From contig JAWOFX010000079.1 in NCBI GenBank assembly GCA_046497275.1, positions 1,842 through 33,841 on the forward strand: 32,000 nt of DNA. Reading direction: 5' to 3'. Both the position numbers and the translations under genes were made by a program. The notes under the pieces are model-generated. The model did not search any database. It was not told the origin of the DNA and saw only the letters and a program-made list of their open reading frames with translations. This stretch comes from Promethearchaeia archaeon. GTDB taxonomy: Archaea > Asgardarchaeota > Lokiarchaeia > Sigyniarchaeales > SOKP01. Position 1 is the first letter of the stretch, and the number at the start of each line of letters is the position of its first letter. Below are positions 1 to 10,102 of the stretch, one piece after another.

Positions 1-2130
1 AAAACAGCGGGAATTGCAGTTGCTAGTCCTATGGATAAAGAAACGCAAATAATTCGATTAGACGGGATTATGAGATTGAATAGCGGAGCAACGATTGGTG
101 AATTTGTGGAAGTACAACCTGCAAAAGTATATGATGCAGACGAGATCATTTTAACTCCCACCAGACCAAATATCGATTTAAAAAGGCAAGCTGAAGCAAT
201 AAAAGGAAAGCTTATTGATAAACCTGTTGTTTTAGGTGATATTGTTGATGTTTATGGGAGTTTTATTAAAGAAAATGATTCAGAAAATCCTATGAATGAA
301 TTAATGAAGATGTTTCCATTTAAAATGGGAGGTAAAAAAAGACCTACCATTGGAAATTTAAGATTAATAGTGGAAAATACAAAACCTTCTGGAGAGATAG
401 TCAAGATCAGCAGAGACACTCAGATTAAAATTAATAAAAGAGTTGCAGTATTAAATGTTTCTGGCGGGGTAGTGACTTATGATGATGTTGGAGGATTGAC
501 AGAACAGATTCAGAGGATAAGAGAGATGGTAGAATTGCCATTGAAACATCCAGAATTATTCCACAGATTAAACATTGATCCTCCGAAGGGAGTATTATTT
601 CATGGAACTTCCGGAACTGGAAAAACATTAATGGCTAAAGCAGTATCTCAAGAATCTAATGCTCATTTTATAACGATTAATGGTCCGGAAATTATGTCAA
701 AATTTTATGGGGCTAGTGAAGAAAGATTACGGGATATATTCAGAGAAGCAGAAGCTAAATCTCCATCAATTATTTTCATTGATGAAATTGATTCAATTGC
801 TCCAAAAAGAGTTGATACTTCTGGAGAGGTTGAAAGACGAGTGGTTTCTCAATTACTTTCATTACTTGATGGGCTTAGAGGCAGAGGAGAAGTTATAGTA
901 ATCGGTGCAACTAATCGATTGAATGCTTTAGATGAAGCGTTAAGAAGACCCGGCAGATTTGATAGAGAAATTGAATTTAGAGTCCCTAATTCAAAGGGTA
1001 GAAAAGAGATTTTTCAAATTCACACAAGAGGCATGCCATTAGAGTTAGATGTTGATTTAGAGAGATATTCTGAAATTACTCATGGATTTGTTGGAGCAGA
1101 TATAATGGCTGTGTGCAGAGAGGCCGCTATGTTTGCTCTGAGAAGAATCTTACCCAAAATTAACTTAGATGAGCCAATTCCAAGTGATATAATTCAAAAA
1201 TTGAAAATTAAAAATCAAGATTTCATGCAAGCAATTAATATGGTTGAACCATCAGCTATGCGAGAAGTTTTGGTTGATGTACCCGATGTCGGTTGGGATG
1301 ATATTGGTGGATTAAATGAAGTCAAACAAGAACTAAAAGAGGCTGTTGAATGGCCCTTAACGTATCCGAAGTTATTTGAACGTGCTGGAATTAGACAATT
1401 AAATGGGATCCTTCTTTTTGGTCCTCCTGGATGTGGGAAAACATTGTTAGCAAAAGCTATCGCTAATGAGAGTGAATGCAATTTTATATCTGTAAAAGGA
1501 CCAGAAATTTACTCTAAATGGGTTGGAGAAAGCGAAAAAGCAGTGAGAGATATTTTCAGGAAGGCACGTCAAGCAGCACCTTCTATTATTTATTTTGATG
1601 AAATTGACGCGATTACTTCTGGAAGAGGTGAAACTGAAAGCACACGTACTTTTGCATCAATAGTAAACCAAATACTTGTAGAAATGGACGGAATTGAAAA
1701 TAGGAAAGGAATTATTACCATCGCTAGTACAAATCGTCCTGATATAGTAGACCCCGCATTTTTAAGACCAGGAAGATTCGACCGATTAATTTATGTTGAA
1801 GCACCTGATAAAGATGGAAGATTGAAGATTTTAGAAGTCCATACTAAAAACATGCCTTTAGCTGAGGATATATCATTAGAACGCATTGCGAATTTAACTG
1901 ACGGATATAGTGGAGCAGATATAGAAAATCTATGTCGAGAAGCAGGTATGGAAGCAATTAGAGAAAAAATGGATGATTTAGATCAAATTGAATTCAAACA
2001 CTTTGAAAAAGCTCTCTCCAAAATAAAATCGACCTTACCAATAGAGATCATTGATAAATATGAAAAAATGGCGAAGAAAATTACAGAATCTAGAAATATA
2101 CGTGAGCCCTCCGCAGATTTATATAAATAA
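1..2130 (+). CDS. cdc48: CDC48/VCP/p97-family AAA+ ATPase (5' end lies outside the window)
   Basis: The frame is open from base 1 ([10 protein letters not shown] then MDKE...), so the ATG at 31 is not the true start. Two AAA modules: D1 GTSGTGKT / IIFIDEID / RRPGRFDRE and D2 GPPGCGKT / IIYFDEID / LRPGRFDR. C-terminal LYK fits the HbYX proteasome-docking motif. Confidence 0.97.
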   Translation, partial: KTAGIAVASPMDKETQIIRLDGIMRLNSGATIGEFVEVQPAKVYDADEIILTPTRPNIDLKRQAEAIKGKLIDKPVVLGDIVDVYGSFIKENDSENPMNELMKMFPFKMGGKKRPTIGNLRLIVENTKPSGEIVKISRDTQIKINKRVAVLNVSGGVVTYDDVGGLTEQIQRIREMVELPLKHPELFHRLNIDPPKGVLFHGTSGTGKTLMAKAVSQESNAHFITINGPEIMSKFYGASEERLRDIFREAEAKSPSIIFIDEIDSIAPKRVDTSGEVERRVVSQLLSLLDGLRGRGEVIVIGATNRLNALDEALRRPGRFDREIEFRVPNSKGRKEIFQIHTRGMPLELDVDLERYSEITHGFVGADIMAVCREAAMFALRRILPKINLDEPIPSDIIQKLKIKNQDFMQAINMVEPSAMREVLVDVPDVGWDDIGGLNEVKQELKEAVEWPLTYPKLFERAGIRQLNGILLFGPPGCGKTLLAKAIANESECNFISVKGPEIYSKWVGESEKAVRDIFRKARQAAPSIIYFDEIDAITSGRGETESTRTFASIVNQILVEMDGIENRKGIITIASTNRPDIVDPAFLRPGRFDRLIYVEAPDKDGRLKILEVHTKNMPLAEDISLERIANLTDGYSGADIENLCREAGMEAIREKMDDLDQIEFKHFEKALSKIKSTLPIEIIDKYEKMAKKITESRNIREPSADLYK

Positions 2131-2222
2131 AAATTCGTTTCTATTTCCTTATTTACAATCATTTTCATTAAAATTTTTGTCTTTTCACTATTTTTCTAAC
2201 AATCTATCTATTAGTTAAAGTT

Positions 2223-3554
2223 TTAACCAATAAATCTACCTCTATCATCTCTTTTTCTCTTTTCTACTATAATTTTCATTGCCTTTGAATTTTTCTCTCT
2301 TCCGCATATTGGACACCATGTTCCTTCAGGTTTTGAAGGTTTGCCTCTAATGTCATTTGGGGCAGCACACCAATAATATTCATGTTTATTGCAGTACCAT
2401 TTTAAAGGGACAGTTTCTCCAAAATAATTCTCTGACAATAATTTACCGTTCCTTTTGATTGCTAAATTTCTCAATTCATTTAACTTATCTGGTTCCGAAA
2501 GTTTAAATCTTCGCCAATCAATCTTTTCATCTTGTTCAGGAGGAAATATTCCTTTTTCTTTACATTTATCTCTAATATATTGTTCCATTTCATTAATTTT
2601 TATTTTATATAATTTTCCATCTTTAAATTCATATCCAACTTCTATTAAAATTATACCTTCTTTTTTACAATTAGATCTTTTATAATTATCTATTTTTTTG
2701 CGTTTTTCAAATATTTCAGGATCATTATTATGAAAAAACTTATGAAATTTGTAATGCTGGATTCCATGTCTTTCAAAAGCTATTTTTAAATCTTTATTAT
2801 AACCATCAAGATGTAAATCATGATTTCTAAGCCAAGGGAGATTATGTTCTTTTGGAAATTCGACACCGAATATTGCTTCAAAAAAAGTACGGCATATTTT
2901 TTCCTGTCTTCCTTCAGCACATTCGGGACACCATGTTCCGTTAGGGCGAGAAGGTTTGCCCATTATATCGTAAGGTCTTGCTTTCCAAATATGTCCACAT
3001 GATCCGCACTTCCATGTATGAATTTTGAGAACTCCTTTGAACGCCTTGGATAAAAATTCTCCTCCTCCAGGTTTAGAATTTGCTAATTCTTGCATATAAC
3101 TAACATCATATTTCCTAAGATTTTTTCGCATTGATTTATTTCCACATTCTGGGCACCACGAACCTTTTTTAGAGGGATAATCTTTAATATTACTTGGTTT
3201 CGCTTCCCATTCACATCCACATAAATCACATTTCCATCTATGTCGTTTTGTCATGCCATAAAATTCATCAGATAATAATTCTCCTCCTCTTTCTTTTGCC
3301 AATTCTTTGAAGTAATTAAACAAAACGCTATTTTGCTTCATATTACAATAAGGACAATTAAAAGTACCTCTCTTGATTTTTTGCATTATATTGGCTCTGT
3401 AATCTTTCCATTTTTTACCGCACGAATTACATTGAAATTCTAAATTAGACAAATTATTGATGTATTTATTTGAAATAAGAGATATATTCCTTTTCTCGGC
3501 AAGATTTCTAAGCTGGTTTAAATAATAATTTTTATCCTTAATCTGAGATTTCAT
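2223..3554 (-). CDS. Zinc-ribbon repeat protein with a central Vsr/PD-(D/E)xK-like endonuclease domain
   Basis: Four repeats of about 55 aa (LAxxR/xGGxxLSxxF...WxCxxCG..W.A.P.xI...GxWCPxC). Between repeats 3 and 4 lies EKICRTFFE...LHLDGYNKDLKIAFERHGIQHY...DNYKRSNCKKEGIILIEV, the pattern of Vsr/DUF559-like nucleases. Confidence 0.75.
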   Translation of the reverse strand: MKSQIKDKNYYLNQLRNLAEKRNISLISNKYINNLSNLEFQCNSCGKKWKDYRANIMQKIKRGTFNCPYCNMKQNSVLFNYFKELAKERGGELLSDEFYGMTKRHRWKCDLCGCEWEAKPSNIKDYPSKKGSWCPECGNKSMRKNLRKYDVSYMQELANSKPGGGEFLSKAFKGVLKIHTWKCGSCGHIWKARPYDIMGKPSRPNGTWCPECAEGRQEKICRTFFEAIFGVEFPKEHNLPWLRNHDLHLDGYNKDLKIAFERHGIQHYKFHKFFHNNDPEIFEKRKKIDNYKRSNCKKEGIILIEVGYEFKDGKLYKIKINEMEQYIRDKCKEKGIFPPEQDEKIDWRRFKLSEPDKLNELRNLAIKRNGKLLSENYFGETVPLKWYCNKHEYYWCAAPNDIRGKPSKPEGTWCPICGREKNSKAMKIIVEKRKRDDRGRFIG

Positions 3555-3757
3555 AATTTCGATTAATGGATTTTAGCTATATTTTATCTTAAAAAATAAT
3601 ATTATATTTCTAAACGTAAAGAGGTTGAGGATTTAATGAATTTTTTTAACTAGTATAGTATGAAAATTCATTTAATATTCCAATATGGATGATAAATAAT
3701 GCTATAGAATCCCCTTTAATGGGTTTCAAAAAATCAAATACTCTTGTTATATTCTAA

Positions 3758-4921
3758 CTATAGATTAGACACAAAATCCTCGATTCTATCCATTGCTTCC
3801 TTTAATTTTTCCATCTCAGTCGCATAGGAAATTCTTAATTTATCTTCCGAATATGAGCCAAAAATGTTTCCAGGAACGATTGCCACTCCTTTTTCCCTCA
3901 TGATTCGTTCTGAAAATTCCTGACTCGTCATATTGAATTTCTTTATAGAAGGCATTATATAAAAAGCACCTCGTGGTTTTATCACGTCAAAACCAATCTC
4001 TTTTAATCGCCTAAAACTCAAATCTCTTCGAGCTTTAAAAGTTTCCAATATATCATCGAAAAATTTGTTGTCCATTTTTAATGCCTCAATAAATCCATAT
4101 TGAGCAGCATGATTAGTTCCTGCCACTGTATATTGATGATACTTTTCCATAAGCTCGATTATATCTGCTCTTGCAACCGCATAACCCAAACGAAACCCAG
4201 TTGCAGAATATAATTTTGACATTGCATTTAATGTAATTGTACGTTCAAACATCTCGTCTATAGATGCTGGACTGAGAAATTGCATTCCATCATAGAGATA
4301 ATTTTCATAAACCTCATCTGAAATAAGATACAGATCATTTTCTAGAACAATTTGTACTAATTCTTCGATTTCATCCCTCGTCATTGCATAGCCTGTTGGA
4401 TTATTAGGAGAATTAATTAAGATTGCTTTTGTTTTTTGGTTTATTGCATTTCTAATAGCTGGAAAGTCGGGGCTGAAATCATCCTTCCGCTTTATCTCAC
4501 GGACCTTTACCCCATAAAATGGACCAAGATAATAATACGAAATGAAATTCGGTGAATGCAATATAAACTCATCTCCAGGATTAAATATCGAGGCGAAGGT
4601 CAGAGCGAGTGCTTGACTGCCACCATTTGATACAATTATATTTTCTTTCCAATCTACATTAATATGATTAAAATCACGCAATTTCTTCTCTATTTGCTGT
4701 AATAATTCTGGCACTCCTCTTGTAGGAGCATAATGTGTGATATTTTTGTCTAATGCATCTTTATTAGCCTTTATGATTGGTTCGGGAGTATCAAAATCTG
4801 GTTGCCCGATACCGAGACTGATTACATCAGAACGACCAGCCGCTAGATCGAATAACTCTCGTATCTTCGACTTCGGGGTTTTTTCTTTAAGAATTCTTGA
4901 TAATTCTTTCATATTAAGCAC
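3758..4921 (-). CDS. PLP-dependent aminotransferase class I/II (aspartate aminotransferase-like)
   Basis: Motifs LGIGQPDF, YAPTRG, NSPNNPTG, SDEVY, and SKLYSATGFRLGY (PLP lysine). The start is GTG 4921 or ATG 4912. Confidence 0.95.
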   Translation of the reverse strand: MLNMKELSRILKEKTPKSKIRELFDLAAGRSDVISLGIGQPDFDTPEPIIKANKDALDKNITHYAPTRGVPELLQQIEKKLRDFNHINVDWKENIIVSNGGSQALALTFASIFNPGDEFILHSPNFISYYYLGPFYGVKVREIKRKDDFSPDFPAIRNAINQKTKAILINSPNNPTGYAMTRDEIEELVQIVLENDLYLISDEVYENYLYDGMQFLSPASIDEMFERTITLNAMSKLYSATGFRLGYAVARADIIELMEKYHQYTVAGTNHAAQYGFIEALKMDNKFFDDILETFKARRDLSFRRLKEIGFDVIKPRGAFYIMPSIKKFNMTSQEFSERIMREKGVAIVPGNIFGSYSEDKLRISYATEMEKLKEAMDRIEDFVSNL

Positions 4922-5111
4922 TAAAACCTTACTGATTATGGTTATTCTTTATTATGATAGATTCAATATAAGGAATCGCATAATACTATATGTTTAGATA
5001 ATCCTAAAATTAAGAGACTGAAACTTATAAATTACACTTATTTCATTAAATAATCTTCAAAAATACAATCAATACATCTAAAAAGAGAATTATAATAAAA
5101 TTTAGAGGAGT

Positions 5112-5663
5112 TTAAATAATCTCCCCATAATTTCTGAGAATTTGTCGCACAAGGTTCTGAAAAGCTTGCTCAACATTATCACCATATTTTGCACTTGTTT
5201 CGATGTAATCACACGCATTTATTTCATTGGCAAGATGTTGCCCCTCCTCAGTTGGAACGATTCGCTGATCCTCTAAATCAATCTTATTCGCAATTAAGAT
5301 GTATGCTCCTTCATCTTTTACATATTTTTTAAAATCTGATAACCATTTATTAGTGATTTCAGAAAAAGTATTATGACGGGTTACATCATAGACTAATAAT
5401 GCCCCAACACAACCTTGAAAATACATACTTCGAATTACATTATATTTTTCCTGACCAGCAAGGTCCCAGACAATCAATCGAATTTTTGCGTTTATATCCT
5501 TTAAGGTAACATCCTTTCGTATAATGTTACTTCCAAGTGTGGGCTTATAATCCTCAGAAAATGAGCCTTCTGCATATCGGTTAATCAGACTTGTTTTTCC
5601 GACCGCTGCTTCTCCTAACAGTACTAATTTAAACACATATTCTTTTAAATCCTCTGGCGCCAT
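5112..5663 (-). CDS. Rab-like small GTPase (Ras superfamily, Asgard type)
   Basis: G1 GEAAVGKT, switch I YKPTLG, G3 WDLAGQEKY, RabF4/F5-like MYFQG and LVYDVT, G4 NKID, G5 ETSAK. No C-terminal Cys prenylation motif. Confidence 0.95.
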   Translation of the reverse strand: MAPEDLKEYVFKLVLLGEAAVGKTSLINRYAEGSFSEDYKPTLGSNIIRKDVTLKDINAKIRLIVWDLAGQEKYNVIRSMYFQGCVGALLVYDVTRHNTFSEITNKWLSDFKKYVKDEGAYILIANKIDLEDQRIVPTEEGQHLANEINACDYIETSAKYGDNVEQAFQNLVRQILRNYGEII

Positions 5664-5704
5664 ATTAAATAATCCTCAGATCAATATTTATATTTATTTT
5701 TATT

Positions 5705-6271
5705 TTATTTAATTCTTTTCTCAATATTTAAGGTTATAATAAAAGTATTATGATTGGGATTTTGGGTATTTTCCGGAGGCGTTTCGTAAACTACCCTTTC
5801 CCCTGAAGTTAGTGTTTTTTCGAGGGTATGCACTAAAAATCCTTTAAATAAATCGCAGGGAATGCCTATTTCAGAACAGAAAACACAATTTATGATTTGA
5901 ATTTTAAATAGAGTGTCAGAGTGTTCAATAATTCGCACGTTCCAATTTGTATCAATTAATTCAGTAATTTCTTCAACACTTTCTTGGAAACTTTTTCCAA
6001 AGGGAAAGAGATAAAAAGAAAATTTTCGACCAATTTCAAAGAGGAGGTCTTTAGATTCGAATAAGAGACAATTTTGAGCCGCAATAATTTTTTTAAAAGA
6101 AAAGAAATCAATCCTATGATCTGGATTTATATCTCTTTGATCTTTTAACTCAAGCAACCCAGCTTCTCGTAAGATGGATTTCATCCCATCATAATCGAGA
6201 GTATCGAGATATGCCTGCAAAAGTGCGGTTACCACTCTATTTTTAACGAAACCCTTGTAATCCCCTATCAT
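5705..6271 (-). CDS. V4R (4-vinyl reductase / H-NOX / Bet3-like fold) domain protein
   Basis: Helical N-half (ALLQAYLDTLDYDGMKSILREAGL...EIGRKF) followed by NCVFC...PCDLFKGFL, the V4R-type CxxC...C signature. Confidence 0.7.
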   Translation of the reverse strand: MIGDYKGFVKNRVVTALLQAYLDTLDYDGMKSILREAGLLELKDQRDINPDHRIDFFSFKKIIAAQNCLLFESKDLLFEIGRKFSFYLFPFGKSFQESVEEITELIDTNWNVRIIEHSDTLFKIQIINCVFCSEIGIPCDLFKGFLVHTLEKTLTSGERVVYETPPENTQNPNHNTFIITLNIEKRIK

Positions 6272-6305
6272 AAATAACTACTGCCTAATATTCTTTACAT
6301 ATAGT

Positions 6306-6734
6306 TTATAAATCAAGAAGAGACAGGTTGAATCTTGGATCGTGAATTCTTTTAATAGTTTCCTTTGTTTCGTAAATATATACCTCTCCTGTGACTGAAA
6401 CAATGCTAGGTTGCCCTAAATGACCTCCAATTATACTATAGTCTTGTCGTGCCACCATAAAATGCATATGAACGATAGGATCTCCATCTTTGTAAGCAAC
6501 ATTACCCATGCAACTAACTAATTCTACTGGTTCATCGATAGTTTTTAATTGATATTCATTTGTCTCAATGTTGAAATAGCCAACTGTGAATTTTTTAAGA
6601 GCCCCGATTGCATTTATTGACCCAGATTTGATCTTATATTTTTTCACTAGCTCTGTGATTGCGTCAATTAGATCTTCATCAGGCATAACTCGGCTAACGA
6701 TTACTCTCGTAGCTTTTGATTCAATGCTCTTCAT
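6306..6734 (-). CDS. PPC/DUF296 domain protein
   Basis: AIGAL, ELVSCMGN, VHMHF, GGHL and TGEV motifs typical of PPC domains. Confidence 0.9.
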   Translation of the reverse strand: MKSIESKATRVIVSRVMPDEDLIDAITELVKKYKIKSGSINAIGALKKFTVGYFNIETNEYQLKTIDEPVELVSCMGNVAYKDGDPIVHMHFMVARQDYSIIGGHLGQPSIVSVTGEVYIYETKETIKRIHDPRFNLSLLDL

Positions 6735-6908
6735 AGTTATATCATAATAGTTATATTATAAAAAATCTAGTTAATAAGAATTGAGGACTTCTTTAAAATT
6801 ATTGTATTATGAGCTAGAAAGTTCGAAAATATATTTACTAAAAAGCGAAGAAAAATTAAGATAATCAATTAATTAAAATTTTAAAAAGAGAAATAAGAAG
6901 AAAGAATA

Positions 6909-8978
6909 ATGTCGAAAGAAAGGATTAAAAGCCAAGTTTGGAGGGACTTTGGTGCATTAAATGAAGAGGAAATAGACCAGAAAGCTCGTGAATTATTGGG
7001 GATGATGTCATTGGAAGAGAAAGCACACCAGATGTCGGGCGATGATTCTTTATTACATGGAATTGGGATGGCAATTCATTATAATAAGTATCCAATTCCC
7101 GCCGGTGTTGATAAGAAATTAAATATTCCCGGAGTTTTATTCGCAGATGGTCCGCGCGGGGTAGTATTGAATAATTCTACTTGCTTTCCTGTTTCAATGG
7201 CAAGAGGTGCAACTTGGGATAAGGATTTAGAAGAGAGAATTGGAAATATAATAGGAATAGAAGCAAAAGCACAAGGAGCCAATTTCTTTGGAGGTGTATG
7301 TATTAATCTTTTGAGACATCCTGCATGGGGGAGAGCACAAGAAACATATGGAGAGGATTCATATCTTTTAGGTGAACTGGGATCTGCTTTAGTAAAAGGA
7401 ACTCAAAACCATATAATGGCATGTGCGAAACATTATGCGTGCAATAGCATGGAAAACGCAAGATTCAAGGTGAATGTAAAAATAGATGAAAGAACGCTTA
7501 GAGAAGTATATTTATCTCATTTTAAAAAGTGTGTAGATCAAGAGGTGGCGTCTATAATGAATGCGTATAATCGAGTAAATGGGAGATATTGTGGTCATAA
7601 TCCTCATTTAATTAGAGAGATTTTAAAGAAGGATTGGGGATTTAAAGGATTTGTTATAACAGATTTCCTTTTAGGTATACGTGATGGCAAAAAAGCAATT
7701 AAGGCAGGAATAGATATTGAAATGCCTTTCCACTGGAGAATGAAGGCGAAAAAGATAGTAGAATGGGTAAAAAATGGCGAGATCGCTGAGGAATTAGTTG
7801 ATGAAGCAGTATTACGCATTTTGAGACAAAAGATAAAATTCTCAAAAGAGCAAAATCCCCAATATTATAACATTGATAAAGTTGCATCAAAAGATCATAC
7901 TAATGTAGCCTTGGAAGCTGCGCGAAAGAGTATTGTGCTTTTAAAAAATGAGAAAAATATTCTCCCATTAGATAAAAGTAAAATTAAAAATATTGCGATA
8001 ATAGGAAAGTTAGCAAAGAAAGAAAATCTAGGAGATAAGGGCAGTAGTAGAGTGTATCCTTCCTATACCGTGACCCCATATGAAGCTCTTGAAAGAGTAG
8101 CAGAAAATTATTTTAACCTTTCATACTCATCAGGTAAAAAGAAGGAGAAAGCTCAAGAAATAGCTAGTAAGGCGGATGTTGCTATAATTTTTGTAGGATA
8201 TACTGATAAAAACGAAGGGGAATACGTCTTTTCTAAAGGTGGGGATAGAGATGTTTTAACTTTAAATCCTGAAGACGAGGAGTTAATTCTGTCAGTTGCT
8301 GAAGTGAATGAAAAATGTATTGTAGTAATGGAGGGAGGAAGTTCAATTATAACAGAATCTTGGAGGAGTCATATTCCAGCGATCTTGATGGCATGGTATT
8401 CTGGGATGGAAGGAGGGACTGCTATAACTGAAATATTATTTGGTAAAATTAATCCTTCTGGTAAGCTTCCAGTTGTTTTTCCAAAATCCCAAGATCAGCT
8501 GCCATTTTTTGATAAAAAAGCCAAAGAAATTGAATACGGATATTATCATGGATATAAATTGATGGATAAAGAAGGATACGAACCTGCGTTCGCATTCGGA
8601 TTTGGTTTAAGCTATAATACATATTCTTATTCAAATCTAAAGATCACTCCAGATAGAATTAAGAAAGGAGATTCTACAAATATCAGCATTGATGTAAAGA
8701 ATAATGGAGAATATGCAGGAGAGGAAATAGTTCAGGTGTATGTAGGATATAAGAATTCTATCGTGGATCGTCCTGTAAAGGAACTTAAAGGCTTTGAAAG
8801 AGTGAAACTAAATCCGAGAGAGAAAAAAACCATCAAAATAGATCTAGATTCAAATGATTTAGCCTATTATAGTATCGATAAAAGCAAATGGATAATTGAA
8901 GATTTAACGTATAATGTTTTTGTTGGACCTTCCTCTGAGGATCAAAAGCTAGTTAAAACTTCATTTGTAATTGAATAA
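6909..8978 (+). CDS. Glycoside hydrolase family 3 (beta-glucosidase-like), cytoplasmic
   Basis: DGPRG, FPVSMARGATWD, WGRAQETYGED, KHY, ITDF (nucleophile Asp), AWYSGMEGG, PSGKLP, FGFGLSY and a C-terminal Fn3-like domain (RPVKELKGF). No signal peptide. Confidence 0.95.
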   Translation: MSKERIKSQVWRDFGALNEEEIDQKARELLGMMSLEEKAHQMSGDDSLLHGIGMAIHYNKYPIPAGVDKKLNIPGVLFADGPRGVVLNNSTCFPVSMARGATWDKDLEERIGNIIGIEAKAQGANFFGGVCINLLRHPAWGRAQETYGEDSYLLGELGSALVKGTQNHIMACAKHYACNSMENARFKVNVKIDERTLREVYLSHFKKCVDQEVASIMNAYNRVNGRYCGHNPHLIREILKKDWGFKGFVITDFLLGIRDGKKAIKAGIDIEMPFHWRMKAKKIVEWVKNGEIAEELVDEAVLRILRQKIKFSKEQNPQYYNIDKVASKDHTNVALEAARKSIVLLKNEKNILPLDKSKIKNIAIIGKLAKKENLGDKGSSRVYPSYTVTPYEALERVAENYFNLSYSSGKKKEKAQEIASKADVAIIFVGYTDKNEGEYVFSKGGDRDVLTLNPEDEELILSVAEVNEKCIVVMEGGSSIITESWRSHIPAILMAWYSGMEGGTAITEILFGKINPSGKLPVVFPKSQDQLPFFDKKAKEIEYGYYHGYKLMDKEGYEPAFAFGFGLSYNTYSYSNLKITPDRIKKGDSTNISIDVKNNGEYAGEEIVQVYVGYKNSIVDRPVKELKGFERVKLNPREKKTIKIDLDSNDLAYYSIDKSKWIIEDLTYNVFVGPSSEDQKLVKTSFVIE

Positions 8979-9019
8979 AAAACCTTTGTTTTTTAATTCA
9001 AATTATATTATTCTCATTT

Positions 9020-9718
9020 TTATTTCTCTATTGAGTAATTTACTGCTGCTTCTGCATGAATAGTCATTGTATCAAATAAATATATATCAATATCACTTTG
9101 TTTAATTAATAAAGGTATTTCAGTACATCCAAGAATTATTCCTTCTGCTCCTCTCTTAATAAGATTTTCAATAACCTCTAAATATTTCTTTTTGGAAGAC
9201 TCTTTTATTTCTCCAACACATAATTCCTTGAAAATAACATCATTAATCATTTCTATATCTTCTTGAGATTCAGGGATGATTACATCTAAATCATATTTTC
9301 GTTTTAATCGCCCTTTATAGAAGTCTTGTTCCATAGTGTATTTAGTTCCTAACAACCCAACTTTTTTTAAATTCTTTTCTTTTATCTTTTCTGCTGTTGA
9401 ATCAGCTATATGGATTAGCGGGATATCTATGCTATTCTGTACATCTTCAGCCATTATATGCATTGTATTCGTACAGATTAAAATCATCTCTGCACCCGCT
9501 TTCTCAAGTGTTTGAGCACATTCTATCATTTTTTGAGTTAAATCATCCCAATTCCCTGCGCTTTGCATTTTCTCAATTTCTTCAAAATCCAGAGAATACA
9601 TTATAATCTTACCCGAATGGAGACCCCCTACTCTTTTTTTTATGCTTTCATTAATTATTCTATAATATTCAAGGGAGGATTCCCAACTCATACCTCCAAT
9701 CAAACCAATTATTTTCAT
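9020..9718 (-). CDS. Aspartate/glutamate racemase family protein
   Basis: IGLIGGMSWES, ICTNTMH and LGCTEIP give the two catalytic cysteines. SD-like GAGGAG upstream. Confidence 0.95.
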   Translation of the reverse strand: MKIIGLIGGMSWESSLEYYRIINESIKKRVGGLHSGKIIMYSLDFEEIEKMQSAGNWDDLTQKMIECAQTLEKAGAEMILICTNTMHIMAEDVQNSIDIPLIHIADSTAEKIKEKNLKKVGLLGTKYTMEQDFYKGRLKRKYDLDVIIPESQEDIEMINDVIFKELCVGEIKESSKKKYLEVIENLIKRGAEGIILGCTEIPLLIKQSDIDIYLFDTMTIHAEAAVNYSIEK

Positions 9719-9769
9719 TTTATCTTATCTCTCCTCTTTTACTTCAATTCTTTAAATTATGAAAGATCT

Positions 9770-10090
9770 TTATATTCCTTCGCACCATAGATCTTTTATC
9801 ACTTTATCTTTTAATATTGGTTCTACTTTAAAATCTTCTTCTACTTGTGTTAAACATGCTAAGCATGACTTATCATTGACCCTAACTAAACATCTCCTAC
9901 AAAACCCTAATCTGCAATTGATAAAAAAAGCGATACTAGGGTCCAGATTCTCTCTTACATACATTAGACAATCTTGTACACTCATAGCCCCATTTAAAGG
10001 AATTTCATAAGTTTCAAAATAAGGTTCCTTATCTTCATATGGATCATATCTAAAACATTTCATTTTTATTTTTTTTCTGTTAATTTCCAT
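9770..10090 (-). CDS. 2Fe-2S ferredoxin-type subunit (SdhB/FrdB N-terminal domain only)
   Basis: RYDP...FETYEIP, LMYVRENLDPSIAF..NCRLGFCRRC...CLAC, VEP...VIKDL. It stops before any 4Fe-4S/3Fe-4S domain. SD GGTGAT precedes the ATG. Confidence 0.88.
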   Translation of the reverse strand: MEINRKKIKMKCFRYDPYEDKEPYFETYEIPLNGAMSVQDCLMYVRENLDPSIAFFINCRLGFCRRCLVRVNDKSCLACLTQVEEDFKVEPILKDKVIKDLWCEGI

Positions 10091-10102
10091 TTTATGATCA
10101 CC

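Noticed and set aside
9719-9772. Frameshifted or truncated sdhB pseudogene
   Set aside because: No 4Fe-4S cysteine motifs appear in any frame after the stop, and the racemase gene starts 51 bp later. A natural single-domain protein is more parsimonious.
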